DNA of 64,000 bases, from the IMG/VR virus record IMGVR_UViG_3300024319_000502, positions 2,042-66,041 of that record. One strand, given 5' to 3'. Under the pieces are notes generated by a model that was not told the DNA's origin, did no database searches, and saw only the letters and a list, made by a program, of their open reading frames with translations. Of the stretch, positions 38,345 to 47,356 are shown piece after piece. The stretch comes from a virus (lineage: Duplodnaviria > Caudoviricetes). The number at the start of each line of letters is the position of its first letter. Within the stretch, counting starts at the first letter, position 1. The translations under genes and the position numbers were made by a program.

Positions 38345-39537
38345 GTATCACTGGACTAGGTATTGTCAACAGCTTAGGCGTTGGTGTTGAACAAACGTGG
38401 CAAAAGATGCTAAACAACGAAACAGGAATCAAACCTATAAGTTGGGCAGACAAAGATGATAAAGACTTTTACTTTCGAGAGTATCTTAGTAAATGTCCTG
38501 TTCCTATAGGTGCACCATTAACTGAATTACCTGAATGTCCTATCTCAGAATTTAGTAAAGACTGGAGACACTTAGATCCAAGTATTCGTATTGCACTACA
38601 TGCAACATGGCAAGCAGTCAATGACTCTAAACTTACTAGTAAACGTGTGGCAGTTATATACGGTTCAATAGGGTCAAGTCATACACGCTCTGAAGGTAAC
38701 AATGCAATGTATAAAGGTCGGGTAAAATTTCCCCCACGCAAAACCTTAAACTTTGAACTAGGACACATGACTGCTATCATAAGTCGTGTATTTGGTTTTG
38801 AAGGACCCAGTCTTATGGTACACAATGCTTGTTCAACAGGATTAACAGCAATTGACTACGCACAACGTATGCTCGAAACTGATCCAGAACTAGATGCAGT
38901 TGTTGTCGGTGGAGGTGATTTGCCTCTAGAAGCTACATCAGCATTTTATTTTAGTAACTTGCAAGCGTTAACGTCAACAGAATGTAAACCATTTGATCAA
39001 CAACGAAGTGGTTTTGTATTAGGCGAAGGTAGTGGAGCAATGGTACTAGAACGTAAAAGTGATAAACAGTCATACAGTGACGTTCTAGCTGTAGGTGCTG
39101 TTACTGTAGGCGAACATGAAACTTCACCCGATCATGCAGGCAAGGCCGCAACTCAAGCAGTACTCAAAGCTGTTAACAGTGCCAGTGCTAATCTAGATGA
39201 CATTGGTTATATTAATGCACATGCTACTGGAACAGAAGTAGGAGATATTATTGAATATACAGCTATGCACTCAATACTACCTGGCAGAACTATGACGGCC
39301 AACAAAGGTCAAATTGGACATACTATATGTTCAAGTGGTATTATTGAAACTGCATATACTGCTCTGGCTCTTAGAGATCAAGTTACTCCTCCTATACACG
39401 GACTAACTAATCCTGTTGGTCTAGACATGATTTTACCTCAAGAATTACACTATCCTATATCTACGCAACTAGCCATCAAAAATAACTATGCTTTTGGTGG
39501 TAGATCAATGAGCGTATTATTATCTAAATCTGCTTGA
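38332..39537 (+). CDS. fabF: Beta-ketoacyl-ACP synthase (FabF/FabB-type)
   Basis: ITGLGIV, NACSTG (Cys), PFD..RSGFVLGEG, NAHATGT (His), GHT (His), AFGG. Confidence 0.88.
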   Translation: MQPISITGLGIVNSLGVGVEQTWQKMLNNETGIKPISWADKDDKDFYFREYLSKCPVPIGAPLTELPECPISEFSKDWRHLDPSIRIALHATWQAVNDSKLTSKRVAVIYGSIGSSHTRSEGNNAMYKGRVKFPPRKTLNFELGHMTAIISRVFGFEGPSLMVHNACSTGLTAIDYAQRMLETDPELDAVVVGGGDLPLEATSAFYFSNLQALTSTECKPFDQQRSGFVLGEGSGAMVLERKSDKQSYSDVLAVGAVTVGEHETSPDHAGKAATQAVLKAVNSASANLDDIGYINAHATGTEVGDIIEYTAMHSILPGRTMTANKGQIGHTICSSGIIETAYTALALRDQVTPPIHGLTNPVGLDMILPQELHYPISTQLAIKNNYAFGGRSMSVLLSKSA

Positions 39538-39562
39538 CTTTTAAATAACCTGGTGTTATACT
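39534..39562 (+). promoter_or_regulatory. Sigma70-type promoter with an embedded TAAATA
   Basis: TTGACT-17-TATACT. Confidence 0.65.
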
Positions 39563-39589
39563 AGCGTTATCATTTAAATGGAGATCGCA

Positions 39590-39916
39590 ATGAGTAGAGC
39601 ATTTATCGTAACCGAAGCAATGAAAGAAAAAATTCCTAATATATATGAATTAAATTTAGTAGCCGCGGCAAGAGCACACGCTATTGAAAGAGGAAGTACT
39701 CCTAGAATCACCGAAGAAGAATGTGGTGAACATAAACCAACTGTGATTGCACTCAAAGAAATAGAAGCTGGGTTGATTGATTTAGAATACTATCATAACC
39801 AAAAAGCTATTGAACAAAGATGGAAAGCTGAAAGAGAGCAAGACGGGAAGGAAGAGGTTGAGCAAGATGACCAAAATTTTTTTCCAAGATCAAGCAAGGA
39901 TATGATACAAGAATAA
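39590..39916 (+). CDS. rpoZ: RNA polymerase omega subunit homolog
   Basis: KIPNIYELNLVAAARA...KPTVIALKEIEAGLI parallels the omega pattern KIGNRFDLVLVAARRA...KTTVIALREIEEGLI. Confidence 0.85.
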   Translation: MSRAFIVTEAMKEKIPNIYELNLVAAARAHAIERGSTPRITEEECGEHKPTVIALKEIEAGLIDLEYYHNQKAIEQRWKAEREQDGKEEVEQDDQNFFPRSSKDMIQE

Positions 39917-39926
39917 TTTAATAAAT

Positions 39927-40034
39927 ATGAGTTCACTATTACTAAAAGCGATTGTGTATGGAACAACGGCCTGGGCATTATATTTGTTAGCCTGGGTAGT
40001 AAACAATCCTTGGTTACAAGAAATTATTTTTTAA
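39927..40034 (+). CDS. Tiny membrane peptide (35 aa)
   Basis: MSSLLLKAIVYGTTAWALYLLAWVVNNPWLQEIIF fills the gap; no clear SD. Confidence 0.45.
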   Translation: MSSLLLKAIVYGTTAWALYLLAWVVNNPWLQEIIF

Positions 40035-40043
40035 GGATAAAAA

Positions 40044-40307
40044 ATGTTAGATAATGATGACGACTTTCAATGGAGTAATGAGTCTGAAGAAGATATGGGA
40101 CAACTTCATGCTATTCACAATAACATGAATCATATTGCTGAAGTTAATCGTAAATTACAAGAACAAGCAAAAAGACCCAGTGCAACAGAGTGTGAAGAGT
40201 GCGGTGATACCATTCCTGAAGCTAGACGTCTAGCAGTTAAAGGTGTACAATTATGTGCTCCTTGTCAAGAGGCATTAGAACAAGTAAAAAGAGTCTATGG
40301 TTCGTAA
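40044..40307 (+). CDS. DksA/TraR (YbiI-like) C4 zinc-finger protein
   Basis: CEECGDTIPEARRLAVKGVQLCAPCQ. Confidence 0.9.
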   Translation: MLDNDDDFQWSNESEEDMGQLHAIHNNMNHIAEVNRKLQEQAKRPSATECEECGDTIPEARRLAVKGVQLCAPCQEALEQVKRVYGS

Positions 40308-40593
40308 TTGTCCCCTATTAGGTAGGGTAGCACAATTTGTCGCTAAAGACTGGCGCAGTCATCCTGTGAGGTTTGTAATTGAAGTTATAGCATGGGCGTT
40401 GAGTATATCAGCTTCAGTTATCATGGCGTTAACTGTACCTAATCCTCCACTGTTACTCATATACATATTTTGGGTGATTGGCTGTTCACTTTATTCTTGG
40501 GCCGCAATCACTAGAGGAAGTTTTGGAATGCTCGCTAACTATTTGCTACTCACAGCAATTGATACGTACGGTTTAATTCAGCTTATTGGTTGA
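40297..40593 (+). CDS. Small three-TM membrane protein, paralog of 9196..9477
   Basis: Hydrophobic; shared RS.P..F..E motif and P....Y..W/F..G. Confidence 0.65.
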   Translation: MVRNCPLLGRVAQFVAKDWRSHPVRFVIEVIAWALSISASVIMALTVPNPPLLLIYIFWVIGCSLYSWAAITRGSFGMLANYLLLTAIDTYGLIQLIG

Positions 40594-40618
40594 CCATAAA
40601 ATCCATTTTTGCTATAAT
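40590..40618 (+). promoter_or_regulatory. Strong sigma70-type (early) promoter, TTGACC class
   Basis: TTGACC-ataaaatccatttttgc-TATAAT. Confidence 0.8.
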
Positions 40619-40710
40619 AGTTTTAAGAAATAAGGAAGTTGCGTGACAACTTTACGGTCCCAGTTTACTGTCCCTAACTTAAACCGGGCAACTAATTTTT
40701 AGGAGACGAT

Positions 40711-40848
40711 ATGTTTGAATTCTTTATTGGTGTAGTAGCTGGTATGTTAATAATGGATCTATTATGGGCTTGGAAGATTGGTCTAGTTGAAAAGGTTATA
40801 CAATACGTTAGTATGAAATGGAAACTTTTTCAAGCTAGGTCACTGTAA
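40711..40848 (+). CDS. Small membrane protein (45 aa, absent from the ORF track)
   Basis: MFEFFIGVVAGMLIMDLLWAWK...; AGGAG SD. Confidence 0.7.
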   Translation: MFEFFIGVVAGMLIMDLLWAWKIGLVEKVIQYVSMKWKLFQARSL

Positions 40849-41057
40849 TGAGTGATAACTTCCATCAAGAAGAGATTAAATTTAGTTTTGGTGAAACAAC
40901 CGACAGTGCATTTAGATTATGGATCAATGAGAAATGGTTTGAATACAGAGAAGAATGTCTAGCATGGGAAGGTAAAATGCCAAAAGGTAGTCCGCAAGAT
41001 TACTTCAATAAGTATAAATGGTTTTTAAAAGCAAAGTATAAACAGGAGAATCAATGA
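40848..41057 (+). CDS. Hypothetical protein
   Basis: TAATG-coupled ORF. Confidence 0.65.
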   Translation: MSDNFHQEEIKFSFGETTDSAFRLWINEKWFEYREECLAWEGKMPKGSPQDYFNKYKWFLKAKYKQENQ

Positions 41058-41308
41058 TGAATGAAGCAGTAGTAACTTTAATGTTAATAACAGCATCAGG
41101 TTTTCAACCTGGTCCATCATACGATACATTTGAAGAATGCGAAGCGATCAGTGGTGAGATTAAGCAATTTGAAACTTTTTGTCACTATCAAAAACCTATT
41201 GATATCGAAAAAATAACACAACAACTCAGTCAATTTATGAATGAGATGAAGAAGCAGTTAGATGAAACTAAAGAAGAAAATAACAAACAAGCAGTACCTA
41301 CAATATAA
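41054..41308 (+). CDS. Hypothetical protein
   Basis: AGGAG SD; hydrophobic N-terminus. Confidence 0.6.
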   Translation: MMNEAVVTLMLITASGFQPGPSYDTFEECEAISGEIKQFETFCHYQKPIDIEKITQQLSQFMNEMKKQLDETKEENNKQAVPTI

Positions 41309-41639
41309 ATTATGGGCTTATGCAGTCATTGGTGCACTTACTTTGATAAGTGCATATTGTGATTATCAGCACTGGCTCAATCCGTTAGACCTCAAACTAG
41401 AACACGATCCAAAACAACACGACGGCAGTCAAGAGTTTCAAAGACCTATAGATTTTGAAAGTACAATACAACCTGCACCCGATGAAGATGGAACTACTAG
41501 ATACTTAGGACCTAATGAACTCGAAGCACTTGACGGATTGACTACAGATGGTAATGTTATATCCCCCAAAGATCAAGAAGTATTTAACGAACTTAAAAAT
41601 AAACCTGAATATCCACACGAAATACCGGTTGACCAATAA
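41262..41639 (+). CDS. Hypothetical single-TM protein
   Basis: LWAYAVIGALTLISAY TM segment. Confidence 0.6.
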   Translation: MKLKKKITNKQYLQYKLWAYAVIGALTLISAYCDYQHWLNPLDLKLEHDPKQHDGSQEFQRPIDFESTIQPAPDEDGTTRYLGPNELEALDGLTTDGNVISPKDQEVFNELKNKPEYPHEIPVDQ

Positions 41640-41657
41640 ATCACAATTTAGTATAAT
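41629..41657 (+). promoter_or_regulatory. Strong sigma70-type (early) promoter, TTGACC class
   Basis: TTGACC-aataaatcacaatttag-TATAAT. Confidence 0.8.
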
Positions 41658-41692
41658 TACTAAGTCAGGAAAACAACTATAAAGGGTATAAT

Positions 41693-42790
41693 ATGTCAGA
41701 CGTAAGAACAATAACATCAGAAGAAGCAAGAAACAGTTTATTAAAATGCTTTAACAAACAACGCCCAATATTTTTATGGGGGCCTCCAGGGATTGGTAAA
41801 TCAGAACTAGTTGCATCTGTTGCTGAGGAACTAGATGGACTAATGTATGATCTACGTTTAGGTCAAATGGATCCAACAGATATCAGAGGTATTCCTTTTT
41901 ATAATAAAGATAACGGCACAATGGATTGGGCACCTCCAATTGATTTACCTGATGTTGACACTGCAAGTAAGTATCCAGTGGTTGTATTATTTTTAGATGA
42001 AATGAACTCAGCGGCTCCTGCTGTACAGGCCGCGGCATATCAACTAATATTAAACAGACGTGTTGGTAAGTATCAACTTCCAGACAACGTTGTTATGGTA
42101 GCCGCAGGTAACAGAGAATCAGATAAAGGTGTTACTTATAGAATGCCTACTCCGCTAGCAAACAGATTTATTCATCAAGAAATGAGAGTAGACTTTGATT
42201 CATGGGAACACTGGGCAGTTAAAAATAAAGTGCATAAAGATGTAGTTGGTTACCTTGCATCAAGTAAACAAGACTTATATGACTTTGATCCAAAAGGTGC
42301 TAGTCGTTCATTTGCTACACCTCGTTCATGGACATTTGTTAGTGACTTGTTAGAAGATGATACTACTGATAAGCCAACATTAACTAACTTAATTGCTGGT
42401 GCAATTGGCGAAGGACTTGCTGTTAAATTTATGGCACATAGAAAAGTTGCTAGTGAAATGCCTAACCCAACAGACATCTTAGAAGGCAAAGAAAAAGATC
42501 TTAAGGTTAAAGATATATCAGCTATGTATGCCTTAGTTGTTTCGATGTGTTATGAGCTTAAAGAGCGTCAAGATAAAGATACTGCAGAAGCAGAGTTTAA
42601 TAGATATGTTGACAACTTCTTTGAGTATATGATGAAAAACTTTGAGACTGAAATTACCGTTATGGGTGCTCGTACTGCTCTTACTACATATGATTTAAAA
42701 TTTAGTCCAACTAAACTTAAATCGTTTGATAAGTTTCATGAGAAGTATGGTAAGTATATTCTTAAAGGCTCAGTTGGACATGAGCGATAG
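41693..42790 (+). CDS. MoxR-type AAA+ ATPase
   Basis: GPPGIGKS, LFLDEMN, AAGNR, PLANRF, TPRSW. Confidence 0.9.
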   Translation: MSDVRTITSEEARNSLLKCFNKQRPIFLWGPPGIGKSELVASVAEELDGLMYDLRLGQMDPTDIRGIPFYNKDNGTMDWAPPIDLPDVDTASKYPVVVLFLDEMNSAAPAVQAAAYQLILNRRVGKYQLPDNVVMVAAGNRESDKGVTYRMPTPLANRFIHQEMRVDFDSWEHWAVKNKVHKDVVGYLASSKQDLYDFDPKGASRSFATPRSWTFVSDLLEDDTTDKPTLTNLIAGAIGEGLAVKFMAHRKVASEMPNPTDILEGKEKDLKVKDISAMYALVVSMCYELKERQDKDTAEAEFNRYVDNFFEYMMKNFETEITVMGARTALTTYDLKFSPTKLKSFDKFHEKYGKYILKGSVGHER

Positions 42791-43094
42791 ACTAAAAAGT
42801 ATAAAGGTGAAACGCACTAACCAGCAATGGAAGGCGTTTCCCTCTTTTAAGCATTGTGTAGAATTCTCAAGACAGTATAACTATGAAAACTATTGGGAAT
42901 ATTATAATGCACAACAATGGTGCTGGGATAATATGGGACCTAGCATCAATTTAGATATACTACAAGAACTGTCTAGGACAAATCATTCTATGGATCAAGT
43001 CTGGGCATATCAACCAAAAACTAACATGTATCCTTGTAGAATATATCTTAAAAGTGACAAAGAGTTAGAATTGTTTTTACTGAAATGGGGGTAA
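42780..43094 (+). CDS. Small protein of the C-terminal FxLK[WF] family
   Basis: Ends IYLKSDKELELFLLKWG. Confidence 0.6.
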   Translation: MSDRLKSIKVKRTNQQWKAFPSFKHCVEFSRQYNYENYWEYYNAQQWCWDNMGPSINLDILQELSRTNHSMDQVWAYQPKTNMYPCRIYLKSDKELELFLLKWG

Positions 43095-43717
43095 GAACAT
43101 TACTGATAGGTTGCGATAATGCTTATTATGAACAATGGGCAGTACCGTTACTGAAGTCGTTAAATTACTTTGTTCCGTGGTTAGAGCTTCATGCTCACAT
43201 AGTCAATCCTGACAATTATACCCAACTTGACTATGTCAAGTATACTACGGAGCATCGTAATTTTCCTACACAAGATAGTATGACAGCATATCTTCAGGCA
43301 GTTAGATTTAAAGTTGCTTACGAAGAATATATCAATCAACCAATAATGATAGTTGACTCTGATTCAATTTGTACACAGGCTTTCTTTCCTGAAGAATACG
43401 ATCAAGTAGTTCAAGGTCAGACTATACTACATCACCCTAAAGCTGATCGTTGGTTAGCGGGCTTCTTTGCTACTAACAATCCAGACTTCCTTAGTGATTA
43501 TTACAATTTACTAATTAGCGAACCTTTTAATCTTTGGCAGTATGGCAGAGATCAGGATGTGCTTAGAGATCTAAGCGTCAAATACAACTACACTCCAGCA
43601 AGTCTACGTTGGATGAAAATAGGCAAGCCTAATAAAGAAAGCGTGTTCCTAACTTTAAAAGGTGATCAAAAAACTTCCAATAAATACTTACATCATTATA
43701 ATCAATTTATAAAGTAA
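43085..43717 (+). CDS. Putative GT-A glycosyltransferase
   Basis: IVDSDSI (DxD), LAGFF, WQYGRDQDVL. Confidence 0.6.
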   Translation: MGVRTLLIGCDNAYYEQWAVPLLKSLNYFVPWLELHAHIVNPDNYTQLDYVKYTTEHRNFPTQDSMTAYLQAVRFKVAYEEYINQPIMIVDSDSICTQAFFPEEYDQVVQGQTILHHPKADRWLAGFFATNNPDFLSDYYNLLISEPFNLWQYGRDQDVLRDLSVKYNYTPASLRWMKIGKPNKESVFLTLKGDQKTSNKYLHHYNQFIK

Positions 43718-43722
43718 GTTTT

Positions 43723-44277
43723 ATGCTTGAAGAACATCTAGGCGGTCACTTAGGTCGTACTCATTTAGATCACGGCGCATTAGATTGGCTCATTGCAAAA
43801 TTTAATGCAAAATCATATCTAGACATCGGGTGTGGTCCTGGTGGCATGGTTGAACTAGCTGAGCAAAAAGGATTGCAAGTTCAAGGTATAGATGGTGATC
43901 ATACTATAGAGAGATATAATCCTGACTGTTTTCTAATACATGACTTTACCCAAGGTCCGGTTAACCTTGAGCAACAATATGACATAGGTTGGTCATGTGA
44001 ATTTGTAGAACATGTCTATGAAGAATACATACCAAACTTTGTATCAGCATTCAAACACTGTAAGATTCTTATGATAACGTATGCTCCTCCGGGGTGGCCA
44101 GGGCATCATCATGTTAACTGTCAACCAGAAGACTACTGGATTAATCAATTAAAGAAGTATGGTTTTAAATATAACAGTGACTTTACTCGAGAACTTCGAG
44201 CACAAAGTACTATGAACAAAAACAAAAAGAAAAAAGCCTTTGTACGCAATAGAGGATTGGTATTTACTAATGAATAA
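43723..44277 (+). CDS. Class I SAM-dependent methyltransferase
   Basis: LDIGCGPG, GIDG, EFVEH. Confidence 0.88.
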   Translation: MLEEHLGGHLGRTHLDHGALDWLIAKFNAKSYLDIGCGPGGMVELAEQKGLQVQGIDGDHTIERYNPDCFLIHDFTQGPVNLEQQYDIGWSCEFVEHVYEEYIPNFVSAFKHCKILMITYAPPGWPGHHHVNCQPEDYWINQLKKYGFKYNSDFTRELRAQSTMNKNKKKKAFVRNRGLVFTNE

Positions 44278-45208
44278 AGACTTACTAGTTGTTGGTATTG
44301 AAGGATCAATGCGTACACACCCACTACCTGATTTAGACAACTTTGTGTTAGTACCCTGGAGCGATCAACGCACTATCAGGTCTGCAGACTGCTTTATACA
44401 AGCTAATATCAAAGAAAATAAGCACAAAGACCTAAGAGCTCAATACCAATATATAATTGATTCAGGTAAGCCGTACATAGTTACCGAAAGTGCTGTGTTT
44501 CGACAAGGTATGAATGAGGAAAAGTTATATCATAGATGGGCGTGGAATCATTACTTTCAAGACCAAGCTGATTACTGTAATATCAATTCTCCAGAAGATA
44601 GATGGTTACAGATAAAACAAGATCAAGACTTACAAGTTAAACCCTGGCAACATAACAAACAAGGTTATATTTTGTTGTGTTTACAGCGTCCAGGTGATTC
44701 AAGTTTACATAGAATAGTTAAAAAGAAAAAGACAGAATATCGAGATTGGATATGGTCTTGCGTTGAAGAAATTAGACAGTATACTGAAAGGACAATACGT
44801 ATTCGTATACATCCGTTAAAGCAAGAAGTTACCCTAGCATACCTTGAAGGAATACAAGACAAGTTTGAAAACATTGAAATATCTAGCAACTGTGATGGCG
44901 GAACTTTAGAAAATGGATCAAACGGTGGAGATGGATTTAAACGTGATCTTGACAAGGCGTATGTAGTTGTTGGATTAAATTCAAATGCTCTCACAGAATC
45001 AGTTATGGCTGGCATACCTACATTTAGTTTATGTTCTGGCTCTATGGCATATCCAGTAAGCAATCATAATTTAAGTCAAATTGAAAATCCTAAATTAGAG
45101 TTTGATCGAACACAATGGCTTAACGATTTAGGTTATTGTCAATGGCGAGAAGATGAAATTAAACAAGGTCTACCTTGGTACCACTTAGTGAAAAAGCTCA
45201 ATGTTTAG
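44270..45208 (+). CDS. Capsule-biosynthesis-type (KpsC/KpsS-like) glycosyltransferase
   Basis: LQRPGD, RIHP, NSNALTESVMAGIPTF. Confidence 0.65.
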   Translation: MNKDLLVVGIEGSMRTHPLPDLDNFVLVPWSDQRTIRSADCFIQANIKENKHKDLRAQYQYIIDSGKPYIVTESAVFRQGMNEEKLYHRWAWNHYFQDQADYCNINSPEDRWLQIKQDQDLQVKPWQHNKQGYILLCLQRPGDSSLHRIVKKKKTEYRDWIWSCVEEIRQYTERTIRIRIHPLKQEVTLAYLEGIQDKFENIEISSNCDGGTLENGSNGGDGFKRDLDKAYVVVGLNSNALTESVMAGIPTFSLCSGSMAYPVSNHNLSQIENPKLEFDRTQWLNDLGYCQWREDEIKQGLPWYHLVKKLNV

Positions 45209-45797
45209 TGCTGATCAAAAGATTGGAGGTGCAATAAATGTATATCGTAATACCTGGGTATACCCAAAAGGTACTATAGATATAATAGAGCAAACTGCTA
45301 ATGATCCAGCACGTGACTTATGTAATTGGCAAGAAGCACCTTTTGTTGGCTCAGCTAAAAGGCATTGTGATAGTATTAATTTAACCTGGCTTAAAAAGAA
45401 TTCACCTAATCCGTTACTGCACGTTATATTTGATGAACTACATCAAACCATATTAAACTACACTAAAAACTATTACAAGGACTATGGTATAAATGAAAAC
45501 TGTTATACCAACGAATGTTATAGTATTGTTCGTTATAAACAAGGTGATCATTATCCAGCCCACTATGATGGTAATACTAGTTTAGGTCGACACATAAGTT
45601 GTTTATTATATCTCAATGACGACTTTGAAGGTGGAGAGTTGCACTTTACAAATCAGAATATTACTATTAAACCAGAACCAGGAATGTTAGTATTATTTCC
45701 TAGTAACTTTGCTTTTAGACACGAAGCTCGACCAGTTACTAAAGGAACCAAATATGCTTTTGTTACCTGGTTACACGATAGAAAGAATCATAAGTAA
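45201..45797 (+). CDS. Prolyl-4-hydroxylase-like 2OG-Fe(II) oxygenase
   Basis: HYD, YLNDDFEGGEL, FPS...HEARPVTKGTKY. Confidence 0.9.
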   Translation: MFSADQKIGGAINVYRNTWVYPKGTIDIIEQTANDPARDLCNWQEAPFVGSAKRHCDSINLTWLKKNSPNPLLHVIFDELHQTILNYTKNYYKDYGINENCYTNECYSIVRYKQGDHYPAHYDGNTSLGRHISCLLYLNDDFEGGELHFTNQNITIKPEPGMLVLFPSNFAFRHEARPVTKGTKYAFVTWLHDRKNHK

Positions 45798-46024
45798 TGA
45801 TTAAAGTTCCTGCAGAACCAATCTGGGAAAATGTAAAAAAGCATTTTATGTCGCACCGTAATGAATGGATTATGGAAAGTGAAAATCTTAATAACGAATT
45901 AGCATTATGGTTAACAAATGAATATCGTTGTATGATAAGAGGACGCAAAACATTATATTTTCTATTTGAAAATGAGTATGATGCTGAAATGTTTGTGATG
46001 AAGTTTAGTGCAAAAAAAGATTAA
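45797..46024 (+). CDS. Small protein of the FxLK[WF] family
   Basis: FENEYDAEMFVMKFS. Confidence 0.6.
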   Translation: MIKVPAEPIWENVKKHFMSHRNEWIMESENLNNELALWLTNEYRCMIRGRKTLYFLFENEYDAEMFVMKFSAKKD

Positions 46025-46304
46025 AATACCAATGCACCCTTATTGGTTTGCTAGCCAAAAGTATTTCTTTACTGAAGTAGTTGAAAGAGATAGTCTAACT
46101 CAAGATATGATATTGAGTTGGTGGGCAAATGAAAGTTTCTTTGAAATTTATAAAGAATGGTTATATGAAGAATATCAAGCAACACCTGGAACAATGTATA
46201 CGTTTAAGTATGATAACTCAGATATTAAAGATAATTTAGAAGAATGGATTGAGTTCAAAGATAGTAGACAAGCAGAATTATTTGTGTTAAAGTTTAGCAA
46301 ATGA
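46008..46304 (+). CDS. Small protein of the FxLK[WF] family
   Basis: FKDSRQAELFVLKFS. Confidence 0.6.
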   Translation: MQKKIKIPMHPYWFASQKYFFTEVVERDSLTQDMILSWWANESFFEIYKEWLYEEYQATPGTMYTFKYDNSDIKDNLEEWIEFKDSRQAELFVLKFSK

Positions 46305-46519
46305 ATGAAATAGTAATGCACAAAGTTAGAATGTATTGGCGTACACGTGACGAAGTAGAAATGTGGAACGAACGCATGGCTTGGGTAGTTGAAAACTTTG
46401 GAGTACCTGGTGCTCGTTGGGTAAGTCATGCTAAAGAAGATTGGATTGATATACATTTTTATAACGAGCAAGATGCAGTACTGTTTAAATTAAAATTTGG
46501 ACCATACTGCAAAGAATAG
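46301..46519 (+). CDS. Small protein of the FxLK[WF] family
   Basis: FYNEQDAVLFKLKFG. Confidence 0.6.
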   Translation: MNEIVMHKVRMYWRTRDEVEMWNERMAWVVENFGVPGARWVSHAKEDWIDIHFYNEQDAVLFKLKFGPYCKE

Positions 46520-46534
46520 ATAACTAATTATATT

Positions 46535-46610
46535 GCTGGCATAGCTCAGTTGGTAGAGCAACGCACTTGTAATGCGTAGGTCCTCAGTTCGAATCCGAGT
46601 GCCAGCACCA
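46535..46610 (+). tRNA. tRNA-Thr(UGU)
   Basis: 76 nt cloverleaf: acceptor GCTGGCA/TGCCAGC, anticodon arm ACGCA-CTTGTAA-TGCGT, TTCGAAT loop, encoded CCA. Confidence 0.95.
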
Positions 46611-46627
46611 ATTTATAGGATACTAAA

Positions 46628-47356
46628 TTGATATTTTTAGGAAGTAACTCAGCAATGAGTATTTGGGTAGAAGTTTGTAAACGTGCAAACATTCCTATTC
46701 AAGGTATTATAGATTCAGACTACTACGGCAACACAGATTCAATATGTGGCATTCCTGTCATTGACAAAGAAGAAAACTTAGAAAACTATAAAAGAACACT
46801 AGGCACGTCTAGCAGTAAGATATGGACTAACAGTTTCTTTGTCGCTACCAATTGGGATCCAAGTAGACGTGATGATGTTACTCAACGCAACAATGAAAAA
46901 CGTGAACGACTAAAAGCCTTACTAGAACAGTTCCCAGATATACCTTTAAAAAACATTATTGATCCATTAGCAGTAGTACCTAAAGATGTAGAACTAGGTG
47001 GTGGTAACTATATAGGTGCAGGTGCTGTTATTGAACCTGGAGTTAAGATTGGTAAACATACACAGATATGGTATCAAACTATTGTAGGACACGAAACAGA
47101 AATAGGAGAAGATTGCACTCTACAGAGACGCTCAGGTATTTGGGGTGGTAATATGGGCAATCATGTTTATCTCTCTATTGGTGCTATCTACGGTGGCAAC
47201 TATAAAGATAGTTATATAGGTGACAATGCCTTTATACATCCTGGACTAGCAGTAGCAGGACGTCCAATCAAAGAAGGTGAAACTGTTACTATACGTGAAC
47301 AATTACGTCAACGTAGAACACAAACAGTAGGTGCAGTAGACGGAGAAAATTTATAA
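46628..47356 (+). CDS. Hexapeptide-repeat sugar acyltransferase (NeuD/PglD-like)
   Basis: N-terminal Rossmann-like part, IIDP.A.V, repeated IG hexapeptides, VGHE. Confidence 0.8.
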   Translation: MIFLGSNSAMSIWVEVCKRANIPIQGIIDSDYYGNTDSICGIPVIDKEENLENYKRTLGTSSSKIWTNSFFVATNWDPSRRDDVTQRNNEKRERLKALLEQFPDIPLKNIIDPLAVVPKDVELGGGNYIGAGAVIEPGVKIGKHTQIWYQTIVGHETEIGEDCTLQRRSGIWGGNMGNHVYLSIGAIYGGNYKDSYIGDNAFIHPGLAVAGRPIKEGETVTIREQLRQRRTQTVGAVDGENL

